A stretch of 64,000 bases of DNA. Source: Octopus sinensis. Lineage: Eukaryota. This document shows, piece after piece, positions 12,208-25,518 of the stretch; within the stretch, counting starts at the first letter, position 1; each line of letters starts with the position of its first letter. Position numbers and translations under genes: made by a program. The DNA is taken from positions 40,362,001-40,426,000 of the forward strand of contig NC_042999.1 in the NCBI RefSeq assembly GCF_006345805.1. The letters are read 5' to 3'. The notes beneath the pieces are model-generated. The model made no database searches and had not been told where the DNA came from. It saw nothing but the letters and a program-made list of their open reading frames with translations.

Positions 12208-14037
12208 TGTGTGTGTGTATAAACAGATGTATGTATGTATATGTGTTTTCGTATTTGTGTGTATCTGTATATATGAGTTTGTGTATATTTGCAAGTATGT
12301 TTGTGTGCGCGTGTGTGTCAAAAATTATGCATTTCCATTAGATTAAGGACAAAGCTGTGGTCAAATATATTACCCACGCATATTTTTCCAGAAGGTTAGG
12401 ACATTGCAATGTTTAAACATGTTTCGCTGGTAATATATAGCTGTGATAAAAAATGCAAATATTCTGTGATAAAAATGCAAATATTTATATCTGGTCACAC
12501 AGAAGAGCAAAGCCAAAAACAAACGGAAATACAAAAAAGGCGAAATAAAGGAAAGCGGGAAATAAGGATGTATTCATTGTTTTGGATTAAGGCGACGGTA
12601 GTTATATGTCTAGGTATGTCTTATAAATAATTATCGTGAAATAAAATGAACGACGGGCAAATAATTCGTGCAGATGTTTATAGGAATATTACATCTACAC
12701 ATACGTACATACATATCCGCATTTTCCTATAGACAATACCTTACATACACACACTCATATATAGATATTTACACGTGAAAAACTAAGAAATAGAGTGATA
12801 AAAGTGACGAAAGAGGTGCTGGAGGAGGTAGAGGAAAGGAAATGGATATGAATATGGCTGTGCTCATGGAAAAAAGATCTGATCTAAAATAATCGTCAGA
12901 CTTTTACTTTTAGGCGGGGCTCACCCAGTAACTCAGATTTCCTCCCGGTTCATAGTAACAAGGTGAGACAAATTCCGTTCAAATTTCGGAAAATGTACGA
13001 ATGAAGAGATTTTTCTGAGAATTATATGCTTTTACTTCAAATTATAACCGCTATTGGGACTATCAAAAGACTTGAAATATTCGATGAAGCTCTAATCGAT
13101 ACTCTACGCTGCATCCTTGTGTTTTATTAGGTGCACGTGTCTGGCTACCGTCTTCATGTCCAGATAAAAGTAATGTCCAGAAAAGTTCAGATAGCAGTCG
13201 TTTCTCTTTTCAAGTTTCATTCTTCCTCTTTCTGGAGTTGTCATCAAACAGCCGGTTCACTTCAGGAGGTATCTGAAAATGTAGGTTTAGTTATCTTATA
13301 TATTTACACTATTAAATCAACAACACAATGTTTCAGTTATACGCATTACAATTTATATTAAAGCGTATTTATACTTACCACTGGGCTTGCATTCATGAGA
13401 AATATATCTGTGCATATGTTTATAACATTCAACGATTTGCTGTCGTAAACAAAACATTTTTTACTGCAATGTTTTAGCATTTCTTGTCTGATTGCAATCA
13501 AATGATTTGGCTGCTTCTTACGATCCTAAATTTTCCATGTAAATGTATTATTTGTGATTTGTTATTACAACCAGTATTCATTAATCAAATAGCATAAACA
13601 ATATCATTTCCCATTCATTAGTTGTTTATACAAAACAAAAAGGGAAAAAATGATACACTCTATACAAAATCTAATCACAAATAAGTATCTCATTTAAGCA
13701 GAGGGTCAAGGTCTTAGGAGAGTGATAAACTGAGGGGGTTGATCGGAGATATTTGAGAATTGAGGATCATAAACTGTGGATAGTAATTATAAAGAGACGT
13801 GGAGTTTGTATTTTACATGTGTTGATTGGAAGGATTCGCTACCATTTATAAACTTTAGTAATTTTACAAAGATGCATAAATGCAGTTATGGACGGCTGTA
13901 TATGTATATCAATATATATGCATACATAACATCAGAATATTTATATTTATTTAACATTCAAATATGTTGACTGTTAAATCTCACCTTTAATTGATACAAT
14001 AAATTGGGGAAGTTCTAGAGATAATTTATGAAAACGC

Positions 14038-14070
<33 letters not shown>

Positions 14071-14088
14071 TAGTGTGTGTGTGTGTGT

Positions 14089-14324
14089 GGAGGCGCGTGG
14101 CTTAGTGGTTAGGGTGTCAGCATCATTGTGGTTTCGATTCCTGGACCGGGCGCCGCGTTGTGTTTTTGAGCAAAATACTTCATTTCACGTTGCTCCAATC
14201 CACTCAGCTGGCAAAAATAAGTAACGCTGCGATGGACTGGCATCCCGTCCAGCAGGGGAACACATACGCCATAGAAACCGGGAAACCGGACCAATGAGCC
14301 TGGCTAGGCTTTAAAAGGGCGCAT
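14089..14324 (+). mobile_element. tRNA-derived SINE family C, variant 1
   Basis: Head GGAGGCGCGTGGCTTAGTGG (A box) and GGTTTCGATTCC (B box); body GCTGCGATGGACTGGCATCCCGTCCAG (MetaSINE-like by recollection). Confidence 0.85.
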
Positions 14325-14330
14325 ATATAA

Positions 14331-14392
<62 letters not shown>

Positions 14393-17154
14393 ATATATAT
14401 ATAATGGTAAAAATGGTAAACAACAAAAGAATGAAAGAGACCTCGACATTATGTAAATAGAGGAAATTATCTGTAAACATATATATATATATATACATAT
14501 GTATGTATGTAAGTATGTATGTATGTATGTTTGTATGTATGTATGTATGTATGTATGTATGTACGTATGTCGTTGTCGTTTTTGTTCTAATTATTGTTTC
14601 CGTTTTTGTTGTTGTTTAACACAGCACCCGAACGGAGAAGTATATCAACCAGTGGGCTATTGTAACAGTCCTCATTCGGATTTCGAAATCTTTGCAGAGG
14701 AGTCGTGCACTACCAAGCAACAATATTTTCTATTGATGCCCTATCTTCACATTTATTCCTATTCCACATTCTAGTTTGTGACCTTCGTACTTACAGTTCC
14801 CAGGATTCCAACAACAAAAGAAGCACCGCTTCAATGCTCAGAATCCTTTTATCTCGCACTTCAAGTGATCATTTCTGACTTGCTTCTCTTTTGTTTTCGA
14901 TATGCTGTCATCGCCATGGCATGCAATATTTCTGATGGAACAGGATATTTTCATTATTTACGACTATATTTGGCTTTCGATTTAGTGTAGTCATTCTAAA
15001 ATATTGTGACTGCTACAGATAAATTTGCGCTGATATTTTTACTGGGTAATGTGATGAATCTAGTGGCATGACGCTTATTTGTTATATTTGTTGTTACTGT
15101 TGTTTTTGTTGTTGTTTTTGCTGATACTGTTGCTGCGGCTGTTGTTGCAGTTGATTATGATTATGCTGATCATAAGGGAATGAGCAGAACTTTGACCAGT
15201 GATAATTTTTGTCCTATTGTAAAATTTTGTCCTACGACAATCGTGTTTCACTTTTTATTCAGGTATTGTGTCTTTTGATCGCATAAGACCATATCATAGA
15301 AAGTACCGTTGTTGTTGTTCAGAAGGTAGGATATAATTTGAAGAGATTTCGCTTCTATTTCTTGTAAGTTTAACGCTTTCGTAGGGCAACTTTTATTAAT
15401 CCAATCTGTATTTGTTGGGTTACATGTATTCCGACATTTCACCTAATGCTGTGCATCTTGTTAGGTCTGAGCAACAGCTGCTAACCTATGTAATGAACAC
15501 GAGTATGTAAATTTTCCTAATGTGCATATGCATCTTTCACACAGTCGATCAGTCTGTCGCTCACTAACTCTCTGTCACTAATTTTGGCTGCCTGTCTCTC
15601 ACTCATTCTCTTTCTCTCTCTCTCTCTCTCTCCCTCTCTCTCAAAACTGCTTCCGTGTCCTTTTCACATACGACACGTTAATGAAGTGTTTTACAGTACC
15701 ACTCTATCTTCGAATGTGATATCCAATCGGGTTTCAAACAAGAAGCTATTATGCAATACCTTATTGCCTTCAGATGAATCCAAAAGTGAGTTCAAAACAC
15801 TCAAAAGAGAGAAATTGAAGAAATTGTAGACGTAGCTTTGTCTACAAACTAAATTCTAGTCAGACATCTGCAACTTGAGGGAAATGCATGTTATATTGGA
15901 TCTTCCTTGCCACTAAAACCCTTTTTAGAGCAGAGATAGGGTTTCCGAAAAGTGAAGACCTTTATCTTCTCTACAGTGCGTGTTTACATAGGTAACTCTC
16001 CAACCATGTAGATATATGATACCTGAAAACAGTGATGGATAATCTATTCACTGGCTCAACACAAAATGTGTTGGAAGCTCATTGACAGAACATTCTAGGT
16101 TTTTCACAGGGATAAACCGTCATCAACACATGGGATTAACAAGAACTGTCCAAAAAACTGCCCGGTGGATCACTACTACCCCCTCTTAAATTTGCACTGC
16201 TGACTCAACAGAGAGAGCCTACATTCAACAGTTGAAAATTCGCTCTTTAATTTCATATCGTGGAGAGAAATCTATGTGCTTTAGAAAAGTTGGAATAGCT
16301 TCCGTAAGAAATAAAACCGTCATATAATATTCATACTTGTTGTGCGCAGTTTGGTGTCAAATGTTCAACAGAACTTACCGATATAGTTGCATTCAATGAA
16401 AGCAGTTTTCTTACTGCAGTCTCTCTTAGGATATCTGTCAAATCTACCTTCTCTCGTAGCTAGCTCTCACAAATAACTTATGTTTTGACACATCTACCCA
16501 CAGCGAAAAGGATCAAACTTATCTATTATGCAGTTCAATTTATAATGAATGTGCACACATAAATATACGCACACACATATACACACTCAGAGGCACACAC
16601 ACGTACATGTATATGGACACATATATGCACATACAAAAATATATATTATATATATATATGTGCATATATGCACCATGTGTAATGTATTATAATATGATAT
16701 AATATAGCCTAATATATATACGTATATATATATATGTAGATAGAGATAGATATATATATATATGTATGTATAAACATACATATATATATAATATATGCAC
16801 ATATATATACATGCATATATATACATATATGTAAATTCCTCTATATAATATGGAGGTCTCTATCATATATATATATATGTATATATATATATATGTATTT
16901 ATGTATGTATATGTATATATGTATATATACTTATTGAATGACAAATACCACCTTTTGGCTAAACAGTTAAAATACCAACCAAAATGAGGTGATGGAATTC
17001 GCTAATGGTTTTTTAAAATATATGTATAATATATAATAAATAAGGTAGGATGGAATGACACGTGAAATATTAATTAAATGTCGCTACATACAAGATACTG
17101 GTGTTTCAAATTGTGTTTGAGTTTACGAGTATACGTGGGTGACAATTGTGAGAA

Positions 17155-17330
17155 TATGGGTTTCAAATTTTGCCACAAGATCAGCAATCTCGGAGAGGAG
17201 GCTAGTCGGTTTCAACGACCCCAGTATTTAGCTGGTACTTATTTTATCGACCCTGAAAGGGTGAAACGCAAGCCTGACTTCGGTGAAATTGGGACTCAGA
17301 ACATAAGAATGACGATATGCCGTTAAACAT
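17155..17330 (-). mobile_element. SINE family B (decayed)
   Basis: Reverse complement contains ttctgagtccc..tttcaccgaagtc..tttcaccctttcagggtcgataaaataagtaccag. Confidence 0.7.
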
Positions 17331-17419
17331 TATTCTTTTTTTTTTTTTTTGGCGTGGTAAAGATTTTGTCAGCTCTTCGTCATTATAAATGTGGAAATTT
17401 TAAGTTCGAGGCTAAAGCG

Positions 17420-17630
17420 GTGGCCTGATTGAATGGTGAGCATGCCCGGTAAAATGCTTACCGGCATTTCGTCCGTCTTTACGTTCTGAGATCAGAGTCC
17501 ACCGTGGTCGATTTTGCATTTCATCCTTTAGGGGGTCGATAAAATACACACTAGTTCAGCACTAAATTCGATGCAGTCGTCTTTCCATCTCCCCTAAAAT
17601 TGGTGATTTTGTGCCAAGATTTGAAACCAA
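17420..17630 (+). mobile_element. SINE family B (decayed)
   Basis: gtaaaatgcttaccggcatttcgtccgtctttacgttctgag...tttcatcctttagggggtcgataaaata. Confidence 0.7.
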
Positions 17631-18730
17631 TATTAACTCGGAGGTTTGGCTCATATGTAAGAGTTTTTAAGGAAATATAATTAAATAGGTAGTAATGAAA
17701 TAAATTCTGAATTCAATGTATAGTGAAATAATTATATAGCTAAATAGAGAAATGAATAATTATTCTAATAATTAAATGCATCGAATAACTGAATAAAGAG
17801 ATGACTTACTAAATTATTTATATAATTAAACAATTATTTAATGGCAAATACATGAGTCCTAACTAACACTCCATTAGCTAAAGAATGTGCCGAGGGAACA
17901 CGCGATAATTAACGATATATGATAACGAGGCAACAAGGAAGCTCGATGCTCATTAAATATGTGTATTATACCGAACAAAGAGTTAAGGTATTACAATTAC
18001 TGTTAACTTCACCAATTCGGTTACGAATTTAACAGATAATAACATCTATATTTTGTAACGGATTGATTTGTGTATCACATCCTGTTTGTTGTTCGTGTTA
18101 TGACATGTATTTAGCGAGGGACATATAGTTTTTTATGTCACCTTGCATGTGTTATGTAACCCGATCTGTTATGATGAATGTGTGGTCCGATGAGTTATTG
18201 CGTTTATGTGGTACATCATTTGTTCCTATATAAATAACGTGGTATGCGCAAGTGTGTTTTCGTATTTTATGTGTAGCAGAGTGTGTTCCACTCTATGATT
18301 AACTTCGTGTGTATAAGTGTAGGTGTAAATGTATTTGTAGTGCTGCATGCATAGAGGTGGCCTGTGTGCTGTTCTATGTGAAGACACGAATTTGTAATTT
18401 TTATCGTATTTTGTTCTTTCATACACTGAACTACGTATGCTTGTTTGCAAATCAGGCTTTGTGTAAAATATGTTTTGTGATATATCTGCAGCGTGTAAAG
18501 TAGTGTGTAGCATAGTAAATTGCTTTGTAGTCGTGTGTGAATTGGTATACGTGTATTGCGTGTGCAGTTATGTATATATTCAAGAAAGAGCCACTGATGT
18601 GTTCACTGATTTCCTCACAGTTTAGCAGGAGTGCCTCCCTTAGTGAATATCTAAAATCAACATCATGTATATACACACACATACTCACTCACACGTATAT
18701 ATGTATATATGTATATATATATATATTATA

Positions 18731-18806
<76 letters not shown>

Positions 18807-18865
18807 TATATGTATATATATATATATGTATATATATATGTATATATATATATGTGTGTATATAT

Positions 18866-18912
<47 letters not shown>

Positions 18913-19454
18913 CCTTTTTTTCGTCCCCCCCCCTTACTCAGTATATGAGAATCGCTACATAGATGATTTTAACTTGCGTGCGAGATGGATTGCGTAAATA
19001 TATGTACGCATGCATTTATGTTTATATTTTAGATTTATATTTATACGTCTGTATATGTATGGCGTTTGCACGCATCCTTCTGTGTATGTTGATATATATA
19101 TGTACACTTTAATAATAATATGTATTGCAGTGTAATATTTATAATATGCTTTAATTATACGTTCTTCATTAATGTCAATATGTATTTTATTCAATGTAAG
19201 GTTTTTTCCTCGAATTTTATAATTTTTATAAGTTTTTATATATATATATACATATATGTTTGACCTTTTTGTTTATCGCTCGAAGATTGACCGTTTTTTC
19301 TAAAGGTCCATTTTTTTTTAAAGGTGTAGCGTTTGTAAGAGTCTAGATTGAATTGATATATCGGTCCCATTCTAGCAAAAACTGTCTGATGAACGGCAAC
19401 GAGAAACTCAGAGTAACAGATTTTGTTGAATTTTCTGCTGCTTAAAATAAAGTA

Positions 19455-19537
<83 letters not shown>

Positions 19538-19648
19538 TATAATATATATATATGTATATATATGTATATATATATATATGTATATATATGTATATATGTA
19601 TATATATATATGTATATATATATGTATATATATATATAATATTATATA

Positions 19649-19744
<96 letters not shown>

Positions 19745-19810
19745 GGGGCGATGGGTAATTTTTTGGCAATTTTAGTTTTAATTTCACGCTTGCCATTATT
19801 TTTGATTTTT

Positions 19811-20058
19811 CGATCACATGCTTCACCCAGTTCTCGAGAGTTTTATTTTTTTTCATTTAACTTTCTCAATGACGGTCTCTAATTGACCGTCATCGATGAC
19901 AGATGGGCGACCACTAAGCTCACGATTTTCAACGCTCAAGTCTCCTCTCCGAAATCGTTTAAACCATATTCGAGCTGACCACCCACTGGTCATTTACTCA
20001 CCAAACGTTTCGTTGATGTGGCGAGCAATTTCAGCTGCTTTACGTCTTTGAAGTTGAA
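19811..20058 (-). pseudogene. Mariner transposase N-terminal remnant
   Basis: Hand translation: KAAEIARHINETFGE*...ARIWFKRFRRGDLSVENRELSGRPSVIDDGQLETVIE, matching the Mos1/Hsmar1-type HTH and GRP linker; contains stops. Confidence 0.8.
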
Positions 20059-21041
20059 TAGCAAAATTGCTCAAACATCGCGCTTTGAAAGTTTTATTTC
20101 AGCTGATTGCAACAAGAGTGAAAAAATATCAATGTTAATTTATTGATGCATTTGGGCAAGTCTGTGTCTGTATTATCAGATAATTGCCAAAAAATATAAA
20201 TTAAAATTCAAATATCTACAAAATCCGGTACAAATCCTTCATGGTTCAAAATGTTACTTACTTTTTACTCAATCTGATATTATTATGGACGTAAAAGTTA
20301 AACCCTATATTACAAATGGGTTTCTATATACGAATGTATATGTATGTGTATATATGTGTGTAGAAACAAATGAGTTGCACGTGTTGGGGAATATTACCAG
20401 GCAGTTACATATGAGGATGCCTAACTAAATATCAAGGTACTTAACATTAGTGTACAACGTTGTGGTTGAAGCTGGCAAAAGCACAACGAGAATAAATTGA
20501 TAGATATATCAAATTGGCGGATGCAGTATTTAGAAGTTTCCTTTGAAGATTATAGTATGTAACTATCCAAGAAGGGCCACCTATCACACAGATCTCTTTA
20601 ATACTTACTACAGAAGAATTGCTACAAGGAAGAAGAAGAAATAACGTTCTCTCTTTTGATCCCACTGTAACAGACTCTCGGAGTTTCCTTCAATATTTCT
20701 TTGATTCAATTTTTATATACTTTTTTTTATTACGGATTCGAACGTCTGTTTTCGCGTATTTCGTATATTTATTTTGTTTTGCATTTGCTCTTTCTTTATG
20801 CGTCAGTCAATTTCTTCCATACCAATATTATGTATTCCAGTTCTGGAAACTTTGGATTTCAATCAGTATTTTTCCTTCGTTGATGAATAACGATATTTTC
20901 GTTTTGTCTGTTTGATTTTTTTTTGTTTTTTCTTTCATACCTTGATTCACTAATATATATTTTGTTTTCATTTCTGTTACTTTTCATTTATTTTCTTGGA
21001 TTTCATTCGCAACCACTTTGATCCTAATCTCTTCATCTATG

Positions 21042-21119
<78 letters not shown>

Positions 21120-21539
21120 GATACATATATACATATATTTCACTCTGTGTGTATGTGTATGCGTGTACGTATATTTGTATATAATATATATATACATAGG
21201 CGTTCATTCATTGATTTATTCATTTACACGATTTTTCATTTCTATTAAAACTGATGCTTTCATCTCCATTTCTTACCTATTTTTTCAATTATTGGTTATG
21301 ATTCCATTGCTTCTTTCTGATTATTTCCTCGTTCCCATGACACTCAGTAGAATGGCACAGCATTCTACTGTTATTGATAATGATTTCTTTCGACTATGCT
21401 GAGGGACACATTATTCAGGTGAGCTGATATAATCGATGGAAATGGCACCTGGTAATAAATGGTACTTATTTTATTGATCCAAATGGAGGTCTATCGCTGA
21501 CGTCTACCCGATAGTGTCTGAATGCAGTATACATATTGA

Positions 21540-21712
<173 letters not shown>

Positions 21713-21779
21713 TCGAAATGCATATGTATGTATACATGTATATATGTATACGTACATATGGACACATAGATGGATACAA

Positions 21780-21813
<34 letters not shown>

Positions 21814-23019
21814 AGAGAGATAGAGAGAGAGAGAGTAAGAACGAGAGAGAGATGCCGCTGCTCTTGTATTTTGCATATATAGATTTAATGTGTACGCATG
21901 AGTCTTTGTATATGTTTCCGTGTGTGTGAGAAAATGTTAAATATTGTCATTTAAATTTGTTTGTAGGATATGAATATTACGTCAGTTCCGTCGCATAGGG
22001 AAATTTTCAATAACCACTTTTTCTTCTTCTAGTTTTATGTATTATGGTGTTCGCTCCACCGTCTTGTATACGCATTGAAGACTCTTTTTCTTATCTGGTC
22101 GTTCCATAAAATAGAAATAGCAAGGCGATATATTTAATATTGCACCATGCTTTGTTAGATAATAAACGACACGTTAGACAGTCACTTTGACATCGGAGAA
22201 AAACGATGGAATAATACTGTTTGTAAATAGAATGAAAAATATATACTTGTACACTCAAGTGATATATATATATCACTGTTTAGTATTGACTGTGGGAAAA
22301 AAGAGTAGCGATTGATAAAATTCTATTTTAGTCGATAATGGTTCACTTTCCATACCGAAACTACTTGGTAATTTTTTTTAATTATTAAATTAATAATTCT
22401 TTACCTTGTATCTGTAATGATTTTTTCACTCCCGTACAACAAACTGCAGTTTTCTTTCTGTGGTGCTATCTTGTGACGCACATGTTAATCTTCGAGGAAA
22501 AATACGAATTCCCTCATCTATATAATTTTGGATGTGCTGACTATCTTCTGTTATTTTCCGATGGCGCTTGATCGGGATGCAAAGGGTAGGTTTCTAGCAT
22601 TTTCAGATTATAAATTCTCGAAATATTTTGTTGATGACGGAAATGAATTTGTATAATTCTAATCCAGAAACGCGTCCATAATTAATCGAAGACTGTTTGA
22701 TTTCGTTATTTTTTCTTCTTTCTGCCTATGTGTCTTACAAATATTGTTATATGTGGAGTCATATCTGTAGTAAAAAGAATGAACTGTCTTTGGCTTCTAC
22801 TTCTAAATTTTCGGTATGTAGTGAAGCAACTTGTTGCTTAACCCTTAATTATATTTAATTATGTATATATATATAGATAAGTATATAGATATAGATAGAT
22901 GGAGAGAGAGAGAGAGGAGAGAGAGAGAGAGCGAGATAATCATAGATATAAATATACCTGTATATCTATATATGTAGATATATATGTATTTATATATGTA
23001 TATTTATGTCTGGATTCGC

Positions 23020-23204
23020 CATCATGAGATCGCTAGCCACTACACATTCTATATTTTCTGTCCGTTTCTTTCTATGTTCCTTTCGGTGTAACAGCGTAGA
23101 TTCGAAATGTTAAAGACATTTTTACTTCCCGACCGTTAAACTAATATATCTGTTTGTTGTCTACACTACCTGCCTTCATCTTTTGTTTTTTGCGAAATCT
23201 CCCC

Positions 23205-23205
<1 letters not shown>
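23020..23205 (+). mobile_element. Decayed P1 pLTR-like repeat, inverted relative to 23279-23477
   Basis: gatcgctagccactacac...acagcgtagattcgaaatgttaaagac...ctacctgccttcatcttttg matches 41312-41505. Confidence 0.65.
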
Positions 23206-23255
<50 letters not shown>

Positions 23256-23278
23256 TGTGTGCGTGTGTGTGTGTGTAT

Positions 23279-23477
23279 AGGGAGAGTTTACGAAAACAAT
23301 AAAAGACGAAGACTGGTGGTGTACAAAACAAACAGATGTATTAGTATTACGCTCAGGAATAGAAAAAGTTTTTTACGTTTCAAACCTACGCTCTTCTACA
23401 GAAAGGGACACAGAAAAAAAAAACAAGGAGAGAAACAAGGAGAGAAAAAAATTGTGTCTAGTGGCTACCGATCATAT
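23279..23477 (-). mobile_element. P1 pLTR-like repeat with a degraded hammerhead (23369-23406)
   Basis: Homologous to 23743-23925; motif reads CUGUAGA-A-GAGC(GUAG)GUUU-GAAACGUA, so stem II is weakened. Confidence 0.7.
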
Positions 23478-23534
23478 ATATATATATATATATATACATA
23501 CATATATGTATATATTTATGTATATATATATATG

Positions 23535-23713
23535 CAGTGTGGGAGAGACGGGAGGACGAGATGAGGTCGTGGATGGTAGAGGAAACCGTCTGTTGGTAGC
23601 TGGGCGTGGGGTCAGAGAACAGAGGGCAGTAGAAAGAGGTGTCATGGAGTTGGCGGAGAGATTCGGCCCTGTAGAGGTCCGCGCGCCATACCACCACAGC
23701 TCCAACCTTGTCG
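23535..23713 (-). pseudogene. Penelope-like RT N-terminal fragment
   Basis: DKVGAVVVWRADLYRAESLRQLHDTSFYCPLFSDPTPSYQQTVSSTIHDLISSSRLSHT; 41 of 56 residues identical (hand count) to the start of the 41.2-kb Penelope ORF. Confidence 0.9.
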
Positions 23714-23742
23714 ATATATACATATATATATATATATATATA

Positions 23743-23925
23743 AAGGGAAAGTTTACGAAATTAAACAAAAGACGAAGGCAGGTGGAGTACAAACAAACAA
23801 ATGTATTAGTATAGAGCTCAGGAATAGAAAAAGTCTTTTACGTTTCGAGCCTACGCTCTTCAACAGAAAGATACACAGAAAAAAACAAGGAGAGAAAAAA
23901 TGCGTGTAGGAGCTAATGATCTACA
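23743..23925 (-). mobile_element. P1 pLTR-like repeat
   Basis: Direct repeat of 23279-23477; flanked by (TA)n. Confidence 0.75.
23834..23871 (-). ncRNA. Minimal type-I hammerhead ribozyme-like motif (P1)
   Basis: UCUUU-CUGUUGA-A-GAGC(GUAG)GCUC-GAAAC-GUA-AAAGA; predicted cleavage after the GUA at 23839. Confidence 0.65.
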
Positions 23926-23990
23926 TATATATATATGTGTGTGTGGGTAGGTATGTATGAATGTACGTATGTATTGCACAAATGTACGTG

Positions 23991-24073
<83 letters not shown>

Positions 24074-25167
24074 TGCGTGTTTGCCTGTGTCTGACTGTCT
24101 TATTATGATGTACTGCACAGTGATATAGGTGATAGTCATTTTCGTATGTGACCTGCCAGTTCTATTTTTAAAGTAAACATCGTTTTTTAGCCTCGCTTTG
24201 AACAGTTACCAACGTTTTTACATTACACCTCAAATATCTATTAGCAAATCAGAAGCTCTGCCGTTGATTCGTCTTGTTTATCGTCTTTCGCCTTCATCAA
24301 AAATATATCAAAGAACACACTTCCTCTGTCCAGGGACAGCTACTTGCTTCTAGCCATTTATACTGTTTACAAACTTAGATTGATCTAAAGTGTTCGCTAT
24401 TTGTACTATTATGCAAGTATATAATTATTTAATATCTTGAAACTGGGAAGTGTTCATATCTGAGTGATGTAGGATTTATTTTACGCATATGCTACGACAT
24501 ATGTCTTGCAAACAACTTGCACATGCAAGTGCTACCAGTTGAAAGCTCCGTATACCGGAAGCTAGCAAGTTTATGGTGTCATCAGGAGAGAATGCGCGCC
24601 GTTTCGGAGCCTACCTCTCGACGGCATCAATGCGCACCGGCCCCCTCACTGATATGAGGCCCCGCTTGCTAGATCAGCTGGTTATGAAGAACTCAATATA
24701 CTTCTAGCCATTGCTCATCATCTCTTTTTAACACAAATTCAAAAGTAAACGTAAAACCCATAGAAGACCCACACATCCACAGACTAACCTACTCATTTAC
24801 ATATGCAAGTATACACGCACATGTATGTATGTATCTATGTATGTATGCATGTATGTATGTATGCATGCATGCATGTATGTGTGCATACATGTATATTGGG
24901 GAAACGTCGCACAGTGTTTTAAGGTGTAACGTCGGGAGAACATACAAACCACAATATATCTATGCAACCTTTTAATATATTTCAATTGACTTACTATAAG
25001 AAATACTAAACTTCTAAATCTCTCGTAGAGACACGTATGTTGGTGGGGCGATAGAATGGTTGTATACTGTCAATCTAACACGAACGATGGCTTTGACACG
25101 TTTTTCCCTCTGTTCTTATATACATTTACGAAGGGGAGACAAACACCCCCGGCCGCCGGAGCTGCAT

Positions 25168-25210
25168 CTAGGGACACGTGTTTCAGGATCATTGTCCTTC
25201 ATCGGCCTAG
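25168..25210 (-). ncRNA. Type-I hammerhead ribozyme-like motif (family P4)
   Basis: CUAGG-CCGAUGA-AGGA(CAAUGA)UCCU-GAA-ACACGUGU-C-CCUAG: perfect 5-bp stem I, 4-bp stem II, palindromic stem III and a GUC site. Deviations are U4 to C and an A-U pair at 10.1-11.1. Confidence 0.7.
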
Positions 25211-25518
25211 AGTAGCAGACACCGGTCAGCTGGCGATATTTGTCTCGACTTCGCATTGTATATATCTATAATTCTGTGTCTATTTGTACAAAGAGAAAGA
25301 AAAAGTGAGAGAGAGTCAATAGATGAGATTCAGAGAAGCTCGATATATAGGAAACACTGAGTAGCAGCCAAATGATTTGAACTTATACTCCGAAATCTTT
25401 ACCGAGGTCTAAGTCCACGGGTTTATAGAGGTGCTACAAGAGGATTCCAGGAGAGCAGATATGGGTGATAATGATTCAAATAAATATAGAAAAAATGTTT
25501 GGGCTAGATATACAAAAT

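Noticed and set aside
13210-13272. Possible terminal exon on the minus strand (IPPEVNRLFDDNSRKRKNET*)
   Set aside because: Plausible acceptor but only 20 codons and no homology I recognise; could arise by chance.
14089-14165. tRNA-like sequences at SINE heads (also 35690-35763 and 48020-48095)
   Set aside because: A and B boxes are present, but they run into SINE bodies and I cannot build a full cloverleaf; not called as tRNA genes.
18700-19690. Recurrent TT/AA phase shifts within (TA)n tracts as a coded pattern
   Set aside because: Explained by slippage in self-complementary repeats or by sequencing/assembly error; cannot be separated without reads.
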